From Narcine bancroftii (lineage: Eukaryota), in assembly GCF_036971445.1 (NCBI RefSeq), contig NC_091473.1:28520001-28584000 (forward strand): a DNA stretch of 64,000 bases, written 5' to 3'. A program made the position numbers and the translations under genes. Position 1 is the first letter of the stretch, and every line of letters begins with the position of its first letter. Shown piece after piece: positions 12,460-26,694 of the stretch. Under the pieces are notes generated by a model. That model searched no databases, was not told the DNA's origin, and saw nothing but the letters and a program-made list of their open reading frames with translations.

Positions 12460-13157
12460 TCCGGAGCATCTGTGGGGGTGTTATGGCCTGGGCAGGTATG
12501 ACTGCCACAGGTAGTGCTGCACTTATCTTCACTGATGATGTAACTGCTGATGGCAGTAGCAAAATTAATTCTGAGGTGTATAGAAGCATCTTAACTGCTC
12601 AAGTTCGAGCAAATGCTTCCAAACTCACTGGATGGCTTCTCATCCTACAGCAAGATCCCAAACATACTGCTGAAGCAACAAAGTAGTTTTACAAAGCTAA
12701 AAACTGGAAAATTCTTGAATGGCAAAGTCAGTCACTCGATCTAAATACAAATTGAGTATGCCTTCCATATGCTGAAGGGAACAAGCCCCCAAAAATGGCA
12801 GGAACTGAAGATGGATGTAGTAGCGGCCAGGCAGTGCATCACCAGAGAAGATACTCAGCACCTGGTAATGTCTATGAATCACAGACTTCAAGCAGTCATT
12901 GCATGCAAGGGATATGCTACAAAGTACTAAACATTACTACTTTAATGCACGTACAATTGCTATGTCTCAAATATTATGGTGCCCTGAAATGAGGGAACTA
13001 CGTATAAAAAGCGCTGTAATTTCTACATAATCAAACAAAAATGTATACGAGTAACCTTGAATAAAATCACATGTGAATTGTTTGATTACAAATTTAAAAT
13101 TGTGGAGTATATGGGCAAAATAAGGAAAAGAAATGTCTTTGTCCCAATCATTTTGGA
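12460..13157 (+). mobile_element. Tc1/mariner transposon remnant (3' part of DDE transposase and degenerate TIR)
   Basis: GGVMAW...LQQD(ND)PKHTA...ILEWQSQSLDLNTIE resembles Tc1 QDNDPKH and WPSQSPDLNPIE. Confidence 0.85.
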
Positions 13158-14754
13158 TATTAAGGGCAATTCAATTTTGTTACCTATTATGCCATGGTAA
13201 AACTATTATGGTAAACTCAGACTCCATTCCTAACACCAATCATGCTCTCAAGCTGATCAGTTCCAATTAAAACAATTGTTTGTGGACTTTCAAGTTGAAG
13301 CCATTTTTTATTAAAAATTCAGTACTCTTTTAAAGTTGTTGGCTATTGTATCCCAATCAAATTTGAAAACTGATTTGTATATTTAAAATAATGTTGTCAT
13401 TTAAAATTGAATTCAATCCATTTTCAGCTGTAACAATCACATTACCTCTCTTAAATATATTGAGTAAAAAAGCAAACAATAAAACATCGCTATTGAATGT
13501 TCTTCAATCATCCTTGCTTGTCTGACATTTTGCAAATGAGGCTCAGTGAAAATTCAGAAAGGAAGCACTTTTTAAAATGGACATTTTTGTTCAAAACATT
13601 AACTTCACCCAAAGCAAAATGTTGACCCCAGTGTGCATAGGGTTTACAGAGAACATTATGCAAGTGCGTAGCAAAGATGACACAGCACTTTGTGAATGAA
13701 ATGTGACCTTTTATTTAAAACAAATGCATAAATATTGTAGATTATGGTAAACAATGAAAATAAAAATAGCTTGCACTTCAAATTCAATTGTTCTGGGAAT
13801 TATTAATTTTCATGGTAGAAAAGAGTGATCATGACTTCTGTTATATTGATACATAATTATATTGGCACCAAAGCAGCAGGCACAAAAATTTGTAAATTTT
13901 CTTAATATAAAAAGTAAAAAGCAGAATAAGCAAGTGCCACAAAAAAAACATAATTTTAAGTGATATCAGGTAGAAGAGAGGTAGAAAAAAAATGAACAAA
14001 TTGAAGAATGAGAAAATAAGCTAAGATGACATTTAAAGCCTTCAGAGAAGAAGAAAAAAATCACTGTACAATGAAAAATGTTTAAATATTTAGTGTTGAA
14101 ATGCCAAAATAAATGAAGAGGCAGAGTTTGTGCTGATTACCAGGCAGGAAGTTGCTATCAATTTTTGGCAACTATCAGAGTGTGATGGCCAATGAGGGAA
14201 GACAGAATGCTATTATACAAGGGAAATACCATGCATATATATTTTGCAATATTACAGATGATTCATGAAATGCAGGAAGGTTTTCATTTTCATCAACTGA
14301 AGAAAGTTGGTAAGTAATGTAACTAAAGATGAATCCTATAACAGTGCTTTAGAGTAATTGAAATTCCAGAAAAGTATGTCCTTGCCATCAAGGGAAAACA
14401 GATGAAATGTATGATGAAAGTGTGGTATGCTTTGAGGTAGAGTTCCAATTAGAAGCTGGATGTATACCAAGGCCTTCCTGTTGTGGATGTGATGGATGTT
14501 TTCATTTGAGAGAATAAGGAGAACATTCTGGAATATGATTTATTAGGACAACAAATAATTTGTATTGAGGAAAAGAGATCTAGACTAGTGGAGATAAACA
14601 TTGCCATGGTAAGGAAAATAATCAATTGAAATTGAACAAAATCAGGTCCGATGTGACTGATGGGAAACCTGTCTGAAAAGTTGACAAGTATAAGCCAAAC
14701 ATTCAGCAGTTAAGTAGATTGTTGGTTCATCAAATCACAGTGGAGTAGACAATC

Positions 14755-14880
14755 TGGAATTGATACAGGGTCAAAGGTCTGAAGTGTCCATTCGGTTTTC
14801 TGTCCATTGGTACTACTCGACCTGCTAAATATATCCAGCATTTTGTTTCTTTATTTCAGATTTCCAGCATCTGCAGATTT
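14755..14880 (+). mobile_element. Short Penelope-tail/SINE-like repeat in the GXYLT2 3'UTR
   Basis: GACCTGCT...TCCAGCATTTTG...CAGATTTCCAGCATCTGCAG, similar to repeats near 16250-16350, 36000-36080 and 45520-45715. Confidence 0.6.
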
Positions 14881-14918
14881 TTTTCTTTTGAAACAAAAAT
14901 ACCCTCTGTCTTCAATCA

Positions 14919-15083
14919 TTATCCTATATGAATGACGTGAAGCTCATACACTTTTCTCATAGCTTGTTCAAATTGTTTCAGAAATACTTGTGGAAGCCTG
15001 CCACATAAAGTGTGTACTGTGTTCATGAAACTGTTTTGAAGTGGCAAATATAGAGACTGAAATAAATTATCTTCAAAGGGAAA
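14919..15083 (-). CDS. GXYLT2: GXYLT2 exon 7 (last coding), [16 protein letters not shown]...[14 protein letters not shown]...HVIHIG*
   Basis: ctttcag acceptor, TAA at 14919-14921; matches the GXYLT2 C-terminus. An AT-rich 3'UTR follows, with candidate minus-strand AATAAA near 14850 and 13710. Confidence 0.96.
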   Translation of the reverse strand, partial: FPFEDNLFQSLYLPLQNSFMNTVHTLCGRLPQVFLKQFEQAMRKVYELHVIHIG

Positions 15084-15699
15084 CTGAAAGAAATAAGAAG
15101 TTAGTGATCAACTTTTTTGCTTATTTGTAAATTTTGATATTCCCAGACCATACTTATCAATGAGGATGGGATGAGCCATTTCTTTTTCAGAGCAAAACTA
15201 GCAATTTTTAACATTTTGATCAATATGCCAAAAAACAATTGTTCCCGTTGGTTTTCTCAAATTAATTGTCATCGTGCACATTAATGTAGCATGAGGTACA
15301 AGAGGGAGGCTAATTAGGAAGTGTGCCATGATAGTGCTTTCATGAACTAATGATATACTGACAACACGCATTAAATATTCATCCCGAACTAACTCTTGTG
15401 CGCAGTCCACAGTGCCGACTGCTGAATGACAGCTCAACTGTCAAATGCTTTAAACTATTGATTATCTGAAGATCACTATCACATCTGCAAAAACATTGAA
15501 TTCAAATTTTGATTTGCACACAAAGATAAAGGTTTTGGAAGCACTCTTGGAAAGGGTAGGATCATACAACATCCATAAATCCAATTTTCTCAATACATTC
15601 TCAACATTGGTAAGATCAAATAAGAGAGATTTTTATTTTAACATTAATTCTATGGTCTTTTCGGCCTCACGAGATCGTAAGTTGTGCGAGTACATCAGT

Positions 15700-16680
15700 A
15701 ATAGCTATAGTCAGAGATCACAGTGATACAGGCAAGGAAGCAGTACCTTTGGCCCAACTTGCCCACGTTGAGCAAGTCGCTTGCCAGAGCAGGTACCTGT
15801 GGTCCATATTACTCTGAACTATTCCTGTCCATTTACCAATCTAAATCTTTTCGACGTTATAATTGTTCATCTCGTCAACTTGCACTGGCAGCTTGTTCCA
15901 CATATCCGCCACGTTCTGTGTGAAAATTTTAACCCTCTAAAATCTAAAAGGTCCCTTTTAAATCTTTCCCCTCACCTTGAATCTACACCCTCCAGTTTTA
16001 GGCTCTCCTATCCTGATTTAAAAAAAGACCATTGCCATTTACTATAACTATACCATTCATGGGTTTATGTACCTCCGTATCGGTCACCCTGAGCTTCTTC
16101 TTGTTTTTCATCAATTGTCTTTCAGACTTAATGACAACCTCCCTGTAGCTGGGCAACCAGAACAGAGGCCAATACTTTTAAGCATGGTCTCTACGTGTCT
16201 TGCACAGTTGTAACATAACATCCTAATTGATAAGGTCCCTTCCCACTTTGATGATGATAAAGGGTCCTGACTGACCATTTCTCTCTGTTGATGCTGCTTA
16301 ACTCGTTGAGACTCTCCAGCTTCACTTAAGATTCCAGCAACTGCAGTTACTGTGTTTCTCTTCCTTCTTCATACCCCTGTCTGCATGTCTTGCTGCTTTC
16401 ACGGACTTCTTTGTCTCTCTCTGTTCTACAACACTCTTCAGGGCTCTAATTACCAGAAAAGTCTTTCCGAAACGCAACAGGTCACACTTGTCTGAGTTCA
16501 TTGCCACATGCTATTTCTTCATATGCTTCCCTAATTGATCTTGATCATGTTTTAACCTTAGATAACCTTCTTCACTGTCCACTTTTTGTCGTCTGCGTAT
16601 TGACTAACCATGGCAACTACGTTGTCATCCAGATTGTTACTACAGACCCAGTACTGATCCCTGCAGTGAAACCACAGGCA
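15700..16680 (-). mobile_element. Old CR1 LINE 3' region with a nested short repeat
   Basis: Minus-strand fragments KCDLLRFG, SVVEQR; CR1-type 3'UTR. Confidence 0.55.
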
Positions 16681-16835
16681 CAATTTGAAAAATAAAAATT
16701 TGAAACTTCAAACTGAAAAAAAAAGGAATAAAATGAAATACTGGTGAAATTAGCTCTTCAAAAATGAGTAAAAACGAAAGTCTGCAGACAGCTCTTCAAA
16801 AATGTGTCACATATGTTTGCATTTAAAATACTTAC

Positions 16836-17008
16836 ATTGCGTATAGCCTCATACATTACTTTAAAGGCAGGCTGTTTTTCATTATGATAAACTCCACGGT
16901 TTCCATGGAGAATGGAAACCCCTTTATCTTCTGCTCCCCTACAGTTGCTGCCATACATACAATGATCTGGTCTATAATTCCACTGACAAGGAAATACGTA
17001 CAGATATT
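16836..17008 (-). CDS. GXYLT2: GXYLT2 exon 6, [23 protein letters not shown]...LHGNRGVYH...YEAIRN
   Basis: tttag acceptor, gtaagt donor; 173 nt; phase consistent with neighbours. Confidence 0.97.
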
Positions 17009-18034
17009 CTAAATAATTAGAAGAAACATCATCTTAATTTTCTATCCAGATCATTTATTATTTATTGTTAAAAGTTTTTTTTGAAAATTATTATTCAGCA
17101 CTTTAAATTTAAATTCTGAAAAGACTGAGGAAGCATTGAAAAAGAACAATTGTTTTATATATCACATAGTTGTAAACTTTAGGCTTTAGTTTTGCAGGAT
17201 TCCCCAATGACTTTCTGTAAATGGTTCAAGTGGCATGCAGACGAGGGAAGGTGTGAGTATAGTCAACAGGTTGAAGGAAATGAACCTAGCAGGTGGTTGA
17301 GTTGGGAGGAGTAAAAAGTAATATTCAGCTGTTTTCTGATGTTCTCGTTGCTATGCATTGGCAACTAATGAATGATACCCTGCCCACTTCAACATGAGCT
17401 AACACTTGAATCTAGGCTTACACACATTCTTCCAGCACTCACCCTGGTATGATCAAGTCAGCTCATGTTTTCCATGTTTAGTTGTGTATTTGTGAAATTG
17501 TATTTGGAAACTTTATAAAACTCATTTTTTCTTCTGGTCATGTAGAATACAATTGAAGAATTAATTTAAAAAATTGTTATCTTCCATCAAAATTATTAAG
17601 TACAGAAAAATAAGTTTGTGACTTTTTTATATTTTACTTATGTGCTTGAAAATTGTCGACAAATATCTTTCAGTTAGATCCAGCATTGATTTAACTCAAT
17701 ACTGTAGGATCTTTTATGTGATGCCTTTATTACATAATGTAAACACTGCCAAATGCATTGGACTCAAATTTCAAGAGCATTGTGACACTTTTTTTAAAAC
17801 TTCCCTGAACTATTTTGAAAATGTACAGCTCTTATATTTCCATTTAAACTGCACTCATGTAGTCAACAGTATTTTGGATCATCTCAGATGCCAACGTTAC
17901 CATGAGGAATTGCCTGCAACAAAGCTATGAAACTTAGATTTAATTTATTGAAATTTTGGAAATTCAGTTTTAACATGGAAAGCTTATATCAACTATCACT
18001 GCACTTTACAGAGAAATAATTTGTTTTTACCCAC

Positions 18035-18158
18035 CTGGGTTATAATGAAATATTATATTTAATAAATCCTGGTCTCCCCATGTGATATCATTTTTGTATT
18101 TATGATACAAAGGATATAGTAATTCTTCCCATCTTAGGCCAGTTGGAATCATACTATT
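18035..18158 (-). CDS. GXYLT2: GXYLT2 exon 5, [41 protein letters not shown]
   Basis: cctatag acceptor, G|gtgggt donor; 124 nt; [10 protein letters not shown]8 motif. Confidence 0.97.
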
Positions 18159-19070
18159 CTATAGGAAAGAAAGTAAGAAAATGAATGATATTTCATTTGC
18201 TCACCAGTTCACCCCTCACCCTCCAACACGCAAAGAAAACAATCCAAATTTCTCCTGAAAGTTCTACTCTCTATTCCAGACAAGATCCTGATGAACCTCT
18301 TCTACACCCTCTCCAATGCTTCCACATCTTTCCTGCAATGTGGAAAGCAGATCTGCACACATCAAATCTGGCCCAACAAAGGTATTACTGAGCTGAAATG
18401 TGACTTCCCACCTTTTCACTCACTGATGGAAGTCCTGTATTCAGAATGCCAGCTACTTTTATTGCCTCTTTCAGGAAGTTATGGATGTGCACCTCAAGAT
18501 ATCCCATATAGCAATGGTCTTAAGGATGCTGCCATCTACTGTATACTTTCCAATTGTATTTAGCCTTGCTAAATATGACACCTCACACTTAAACTCCTTC
18601 AAAGCGAGCATTTTTTCTGAATTCTTCTGAACAAAACTTTGGCCTGGAGATCCCTGGGTGACTAGAAAGGCCTGTGAAATGTATCGGGCATGGTGGGTGG
18701 AGGCAGAGTTCTTTTGAGGACTTGTCTCTTCAAATTCTGTTGCTCACAAGATCCATTGTGTTCAGTGCCACAGAACAGGTCTTGCATGATTAATCCCTAA
18801 AAAGACCTTTCCTCCATTCGATTACCCTTTGGAAATTAACTCGGAGGAAAACAGCTGGATCCTGGTCAGTTTGTGGAGGTGCCAGCGACAGAGGGCTGGA
18901 TAAGAATGGTTCAGGACATTTGTCAAAGAAGAGCTCAGGATCCAGAGCATTAGTTGAGGGCTGTGCAATGCTAAGGAATAGGGGAGGGATTAGGTGGTGA
19001 TGCAGATGGGTAGGAGGATGGCTAGAAGTTGCACTAGGGCTGGGGATGGGGGACTTGCAAATTCCCACAC

Positions 19071-19460
19071 CAGGTAGTGGACACAGCCCAGGACATCACA
19101 GGCAAAACCTTCTCTACTATCGAGAACATCTACAAGGAACGCTACCGTTGGACAGCAGCAGCAATCAAGTATCCACACCACCCAGCACACGCTCTGTTCC
19201 TGCTGCTGCCATCAGGAAAGAGGTACAGATGCCACAAGACTCGCACGACCAGGTTCAGGAACAGCTGTTACCCCTCCACCATCAGACTCCTCAACAATAA
19301 ACTCAATCCGGGGCTTATTTAAGACTCTTACTTTTGCACTTCTTTGATTTTCTTTCCTCTGTATTGTACAGTTTGTTTACATTTATTTATCTGTTTACAT
19401 ATGTATGTTGAGTACAGTTCTTTTTGCACTACCAATAAGGAAGTGGTCATTTTGCCTTCT
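19071..19460 (+). mobile_element. Rex1-like LINE 3' fragment
   Basis: DTAQDITG...HPAHALFLLLPSGKRYR...RFRNSCYPSTIRLLN. Confidence 0.85.
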
Positions 19461-19770
19461 CATGTTTTGTATTGACCTGTTTCTCCATTTTCAAAGCAAT
19501 ATAAATCATGGGTGTCCAGTGATGCCTCACTGCCACTGAATTCCACACCACACATTCAGGCAACTCGCTGCACTAGAATGTCAGATGCAAGGAGGACCTG
19601 TTGGGGAAACATACACTTTTCCATCCATCAAATTCTTGCGTTTGAAGAATTTCTGCTAAAATATGGATCAAAGATGAAATTGAATCTCAAACTACTTATT
19701 TTCATCTAAGAATCTTCAGCAAGCTTTAAAATGCAGTCGTAAACAAACTATTGCATTATTGATAAATGAC

Positions 19771-20022
19771 CTTAAACAGCTGACTTCTTATTCGAGTGAG
19801 ATTCATCAGCATGACTCCTGAATTGACTCCAGCTGCTCCATAATATGGATGCCGTGCAAACCGACTGTACCATCCAATCTTTGGGATTTCATGCTCTGGG
19901 GCCATGGCTGCAAGTTGTGTAGAATTGAACAATTTCAGAAAATTCCAGATATCATCAACTGGTCTTAGAAAGAGAACATCAGTGTCAACGTATAGCAGAG
20001 AGTCGACATCCTTCAGGATCAT
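19771..20022 (-). CDS. GXYLT2: GXYLT2 exon 4, GT8 catalytic core with DxD (YVDTD)
   Basis: [25 protein letters not shown]...[11 protein letters not shown]...[15 protein letters not shown]; 252 nt; AG/GT boundaries. Confidence 0.98.
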
Positions 20023-21773
20023 CTGATTCAGAAATAGAAAAAAAAATGCTTTCAAAGAATACAAAAACTGGAAATGAAATCCAATTATCATTCAAAATAT
20101 ATTATTTTGAACCAGAAGAGAATGGCAACTCCCCAATTCAATTGTGCTTATTATTTCTGAATCTCAATGAATCTTTGGTTATGTGAAACACCAGGGTTAC
20201 ATACAGGGATTTCAAAAACTGGAAACATTGTACAGGGATTTTTTCATTAGGTTTTAATGTTTCATGTAACTGAGACAACAGGACAGGCACTGTACTGCAC
20301 ATCTTTAATTCATTCTTGTTTTTCACCTTGAAGTGGCCAGGTTAAAGGTTTTGTTTTTGCTTTATTCGGTGAGGGGAGCGATCTACATCTGCTTCTATTG
20401 CAGTACAAGTTTAGCATGGTTTTCATCTTCAGATCATTAATAGAATGAAAAGTTATCATATCAATTTGGAATGTTTTTCTGTTTCCCTCTCCACAAACGC
20501 TACCCCGCAGTTTTTCTTGCATTTCTGTTTTCGCTTCATTTCGGTTTACAAAATAATAGACAAATGGTCAGTTGGGATGCAAGTGGTGAGCCAGAAACCT
20601 GTGATTGACTGTTGGTCCAGGGGTTAGTGTTATGTGGTTAAATTTTGCTGATCGGAGCTGGGAGTCTGGAGATCAGCAGGTGGTGTTTGGCAATGTCATG
20701 AGATTCTTCATGGTATGGGGTTGTTGTCATAGATATGTTCTAAGTAATGGAAGGGGTAGAAGTTAAATTACAGATTTAAAGGCTTTCCTGTCACGTGTCC
20801 ATGGCTAACTGAAATCTGCTCAAGGCTCATCGCCCTGGGAGTGTCCCGCACTGTGCTCGCCGACATCGCCCTCCTTGTGATTACGTGGGTCGTTGAACTG
20901 TTATAACATCTACATGCAGGGAGCGGGCAACGGATTCGGATAGCTCTGGACACGTGAATCTGGATGATGTGGGTCCCCTGTGGGGCTCCCGAATGGTCTG
21001 GTTCTCAGATCATTAACACTGGGCAGTGTTGCTTGGGGGGAGCGCTTGCGCTTTTAGACCGTCTCCCCCAAAAATAAATGTAAATAGCCCATTTTAAATC
21101 ACATTGCTGTAGAGTAAGCAGTGCTCCTGAACTCCGGGTAAACTTTGAAATGAGTAGCACTGAAAAGCACAGTACTCCAGGATCAAATTTCAAGGCCTGG
21201 AACTTTGTTAAACAAAACAGCATGTGGAGCAGCAGAGAATCACTGACCACAGCTAACGAACTTCAGCATTTAACTTCTTGTGGTATAAGAATAGCAAGCA
21301 ACAATAGTTTTATTGCCATTCCAACTGTGAAATCTGGAACTATATTTAAATGACCCTTGTGTTCTGTGGAGTCAAACAAAAGAAAGAGGTGTGGGACCAA
21401 ACTAAAATTTGGCAGAGTTCGATTGCTGCAGACAATGTTAATGTGTCTGGGATGTGGTGAGCAAAAAGGATTGAATTTTGATGGTGGACCATTGATCTGA
21501 AGATAAAATGGGAAAGACAGGTATGTCCCACTTTTCACTCAATTCATTGACTCTTGCAACCAATGGTCATACCTGAGGAGCAATTGGAAGTACAGCTTTC
21601 AGAGAAAGAGGAATAAATAAATAAATGCTATAACTTCCCTCAAACAATACCTTTTTACAAAAATCTGAAGCATGTTTTATCAAAACTTTAGAACCAAATT
21701 ACTAATTGGCAAACATCAAAACAAATGTCCTTTTGATTCAATTACATAAGTAATGATGAAAGTGGTAACATAC

Positions 21774-21905
21774 TGGAAGAAACAGGCGTTGCGCAGCACA
21801 TGGCTTAAATAACTTTTTCCATTCATGAGGATCTCCCACTGAAAAGTTGAGTGGGTAGATGTGATATTCAAGGTGCGTTTTGTACACAGATGGCCAAGCT
21901 TTAAT
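21774..21905 (-). CDS. GXYLT2: GXYLT2 exon 3, [44 protein letters not shown]
   Basis: Manual translation (this frame is not in the ORF track); caacag acceptor, gtatgt donor; 132 nt; [16 protein letters not shown] motif. Confidence 0.97.
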
Positions 21906-22414
21906 CTGTTGAAATCAAAAGCAAGGATTTTCATGTAGAATTCTATATTTTACTGAAAAGTCCAAATTCCCCAAATTAACTGTAGATTAAATAAAGATAT
22001 GTGCTTTGTAATTTTCATCACACTTCTGTTTATTTGTCACTTGTTCAAAAAGTAGATAACAAACTCAGTTGTCTATTTTTTTTGCACTGGTTACTCAAAT
22101 GATTAACAGTCCTCTTCAAGTTTTTCAGTCAGCTAAAGATGCAAAATTTAATCAGATGCAAATTTCTCTGTGACAGGGATTCAGACTTTTGATCTGTTAT
22201 TTCAAGGCCAGCACTCCTCATAATTATAATGAAAAGCATTATCCAAAAACAAGACTTTTAAAGGCTGATGAATGCACTGCAAAATTCCATCAGACTTGAA
22301 AATGCAAATATTTGGAGAAAGCAAATTATTGTTGGTGATGAGAGTAAGCTAATAACAGTGTAGTTACTGTCACATGTAAAAGGTATCACCTTCATCAACT
22401 GCAGAAGTATTAGG

Positions 22415-23488
22415 ATCGCCCACTATTTGTTGACAGTTGTCGACCGCACGACGAGGTGGCTGGAATCCATTCCCCTGAGAGATATTTCCTCTGACACCTG
22501 CACCAGAAACCTACTCGCCCATTGGATCGCCATGTTCGGGGTCCCAGCACACATGACGAGCAACAGGGAAGCCCAGTTCACATCCCCACTCTGGTCACAG
22601 CTGGAAAACCTCTTGGGGATCAAACTCCATCACACCACCGCATACCATCCCCAAACCTATGGCCTAGTGGAGCGCTTCCACCAGCATCTAAAGTCAGCCC
22701 TCATGGCTCACCTCACCGGTCCCATCTGGACGGATGAATTGCCCTGGGTCCTGCTCGGCATCAGAATGGCTCCGAAAGACCTACAGGTATCGTATGCGGA
22801 GTTGGTCTATGGTGCGCTGCTGTCACTACCTGGGGAATTCTTCAGCCCAAGCACTGGTTCCATGACCAAGAATCAGACCATGCTGTCAGACTTGTGGGGT
22901 AAGCTCACCTCACTAGCACCCCCACCTCCGACCTACCACAGCAGCCGCCCGTCCTGCATCCCCAAGGAGCTGCCCATGGTTGATTTCGTTTTCATCCAGC
23001 GAGGTCCACACACTGTGTCCCTGCAGCGCCCCAACAAACAAAGTCTTGCAATGCTCAGGCAAGACGTTCACCTTGGACACCAGGGGCAAGGGGGGTTATA
23101 CACAGTCAACTGACTCAAGGCGGCACACTTGGACCTTAGCCGGCCGGTAGTGACGGGCCGGCCAAAACGACGAGGCTGGCCGTGCAGGCGGAGATACGCG
23201 TGAGTCTGTTCGGGGGGTTGGGGGTTGTGTGGCAGCGCACATCCTCATGGCGAACTGGCCCCGATTGTACCGCCGCACCAGCGGGGCAGATGCGAGATGA
23301 TGGCGCCGTCAGGGGACCTCTGTGCCTCGTGGGTTAGAACAAGGCACAAGCCTTGGGTGAGCATGTTGATGTCACCGCTGACATGGGGACAAAGCTAACG
23401 CTGCCCTTAAAGGGGCGCGCGTGAAGTTTGAATAAACAGTTCGTTTGAAACCCAAACATGGTCATGGTGTGTTTCAATCTGTGTATCA
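22415..23488 (+). mobile_element. Gypsy LTR retrotransposon fragment: integrase core, PPT and partial 3' LTR
   Basis: ORF 22427-23113 with LTVVDRTTRW, HHTTAYHPQTYGLVERFH, WTDELPWVLLGIR; G-rich PPT ~23212-23227; LTR starts TGTGGC at 23228 and contains AATAAA. Confidence 0.9.
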
Positions 23489-24210
23489 GAACCAGGATGA
23501 GAGAGGGTGCTGAAGACAAAAAGGGCTCCTGTAGTGCCTAAGGGTTTATCGTATCGGAGGTTTGGATCTAGAGCTCGGGCTATAGAGTAGGGATCTGTGT
23601 GGCTGCAAAGGCTACAAGAGTGCTGGAGGCGAATCCACAGACACTCAGTTATGGGTTTTAGACTGCAGGTATGTAATGTTACAATCAAGGAATTTTGCCA
23701 GTCTAAAAAGGAATGTGAGGAATTTTGAGTTAATTCCTGCACCACGATTCATCCTGCAGGACCCCTACAACGTTTTGGAGGAAGCCTGCAGTGTAAATTG
23801 TACCAGAAAAATTCATTGATGGTCATTCACTCTACTGAACGTCCAACCACCAGGACTGTTGCACAACCACACAGGTAGTAATTTTCCTGATATTGCGACT
23901 TTGAAGGGACTCTCTTTTGCTTCTCTTCACCAACTGTAAGAGACAGCAAGCAATACGAATAGCAGACTCAAGGAAATTTTGTGTAATATTACATTTACTG
24001 TTTTATTACATGTTGATAAAACAATCTTGAAAAGGATTTTGTGAGATCCTGCACACAACTTGCTGTTAATTTGAGAGTCAGGGATGTAATTAATTTATAA
24101 AGTTTACATAAAAGCCAGTATATAATCCTGAATAATCTGCAGTGAAAGAAAGAATTGACCACGCTTTACAGGGAATGCTTTAAAAAGATTGCTGAGCGAT
24201 TTTTATGGTT

Positions 24211-26694
24211 CTTTGGCTTGGCTTCGCGGACGAAGATTTATGGAAGGGGTAAATGTCCACGTCAGCTGCAGGCTCGTTTGTGGCTGACAAGTCCAATGCG
24301 GGACAGGCAGACACGGTTGCAGCGGTTTCAGGGGAAAATTGGTTGGTTGGGGTTGGGTGTTGGGTTTTTCCTCCTTTGTCTTTTGTCAGTGAGGTGGGCT
24401 CTGCGGTCTTCTTCAAAGGAGGTTGCTGCCCGCCGAACTGTGAGGCGCCAAGATGTATGGTTTGAGGCGATATCAGCCCACTGGCGGTGGTCAATGTGGC
24501 AGGCACCAAGAGATTTCTTTAGGCAGTCCTTGTACCTCTTCTTTGGTGCACCTCTGTCACGATGGCCAGTGGAGAGCTCGCCATATAACATGATCTTGGG
24601 AAGGCGATGGTCCTCCATTCTGGAGACGTGACCCACCCAGCGCAGCTGGATCTTCAGCAGCGTGGACTCGATGCTGTCGGCCTCTGCCATCTCAAGTACT
24701 TCGATGTTAGGGATGAAGGCGCTCCAATGAATGTTGAGAATGGAGCGGAGACAACGCTGGTGGAAGCGTTCTAGGAGCCGTAGGTGATGCCGGTAGAGGA
24801 CCCATGATTCGGAGCCGAACAGGAGTGTGGGTATGACAACGGCTCTGTCTACGCTTATCTTTGTGAGGTTTTTCAGTTGGTTGTTTTTCCAGACTCTTTT
24901 GTGTATTCTTCCAAAGGCACTATTTGCCTTGGCGAGTCTGTTGTCTATCTCGTTGTCGATCCTTGCATCTGATGAAATGGTGCAGCTGAGATAGGCAAAC
25001 TGGTTGACTGCTTTGAGTTTTGTGTGCCCGATGGAGATGTGGGGGGGCTGGTAGTCATGGTGGGGAGCTGGCTGATGGAGGACCTCAGTTTTCTTCAGGC
25101 TGACTTCCAGGCCAAACATTTTGGCAGTTTCCACAAAACAGTACGTCAAGCGCTGAAGAGCTGGCTCTGAATGGGCAACTAAAGCGGCATCGTCTGCAAA
25201 GAGTAGTTCACGGACAAGTTTCTCTTGTGTCTTGGTGTGAGCTTGCAGGCGCCTCAGATTGAAGAGACTGCCATCCGTGCGGTACCGGATGTAAACAGCG
25301 TCTTCATTGTTGAGGTCTTTCATGGCTTGGTTCAGCATCATGCTGAAGAAGATTGAAAAGAGGGTTGGTGCGAGAACACAGCCTTGCTTCACGCCATTGT
25401 TAATGGAGAAGGGTTCAGAGAGCTCATTGCTGTATCTGACCCGACCTTGTTGGTTTTCGTGCAGTTGGATAATCATGTTGAGGAACTTTGGGGGGCATCC
25501 GATGCGCTCTAGTATTTGCCAAAGCCCTTTCCTGCTCACGGTGTCGAAGGCTTTGGTGAGGTCAACAAAGGTGATGTAGAGTCCTTTGTTTTGTTCTCTG
25601 CACTTTTCTTGGAGCTGTCTGAGGGCAAAGACCATGTCAGTAGTTCCTCTGTTTGCGCGAAAGCCGCACTGTGATTCTGGGAGAATATTCTCGGCAACAC
25701 TAGGTATTATTCTATTTAGGAGAATCCTAGCGAAGATTTTGCCTGCAATGGAGAGCAGCGTGATTCCCCTGTAGTTTGAGCAGTCTGATTTCTCGCCTTT
25801 GATTTTGATGATGGCATCACGAAGGTAATGAAGCAGTTTTCCTTGGTCCCAACAAAGCTTGAAAAACTCATGCAGTTTGACACGCAGAGTTTTGCCGCCA
25901 GCCTTCCAGACCTCTGGGGGGGATTCCATCCATACCTGCTGCTTTGCCACTTTTCATTTGTTCAATTGCCTTATATGTCTCATCCCGGGTGAGGACCTCA
26001 TCCAGCTCTAGCCTTAGGGGCTGTTGAGGGAGCTGGAGCAGGGCGGAATCTTGGACTGAGCGGTTGGCACTGAAAAGAGATTGGAAGTGTTCTGACCATT
26101 GGTTGAGGATGGAGATCTTGTTGCTGAGGAGGACTTTGCCGTCTGAGCTGTGCAGCGGGCTTTGGACTTGGGGTGAGGGGCCGTACACAGCCTTTAGAGC
26201 GTCGTAGAAACCCCTGAAGTCGCCAATGTCCGCGCTGAGCTGGGTTCGCTTGGCGAGGCTAGTCCACCACTCATTTTGGATCTCCCGGAGTTTGCGCTGA
26301 AGATGGCTGCATGCGCGACGGAAGGCTTGTTTCTTCTCTGGACAGGACAGCTTTGTAAGGTGAGCCTGCTGGGCAGCTCGCTTCTTTGCCAGCAGCTGCT
26401 GGATTTCCTGGCTGTTATCGTCGAACCAGTCCTTGTTTTTCCTAGAGGAGAAGCCCAGAACCTCTTCAGTGGATTGCAGTATGGTAGTCTTCAGCTGATC
26501 CCAGAGGGTTTCAGGGGACGAGTCCGTGAGGCGGATTGCATCGTCGAGCTTTGCTTTGAGGTTTGCCTGGAAGTTTCCTCTCACTTCGTCTGACTGCAGG
26601 TTTCCAACATTGAACCTCTTTCTGGGGGCTTTACTGTTCCTGGGCTTTGGCTTGAAGTGAAGGTTGAGCTTGCAGCAAACCAGTCGGTGGTCCA
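24211..26694 (-). mobile_element. Young RTE-clade LINE, 5'-truncated, with perfect 20-bp TSD
   Basis: RT ORF (NYRGITLLS, VDLTKAFD, GVKQGCVLAP, LLFADD); TSD GCTGAGCGATTTTTATGGTT at 24191-24210 and 26695-26714. Confidence 0.97.

Noticed and set aside
24155-26593. Plus-strand ORFs antisense to the RTE RT (also at 37307-38931)
   Set aside because: Shadow frames of the RTE coding sequence, repeated in each copy.
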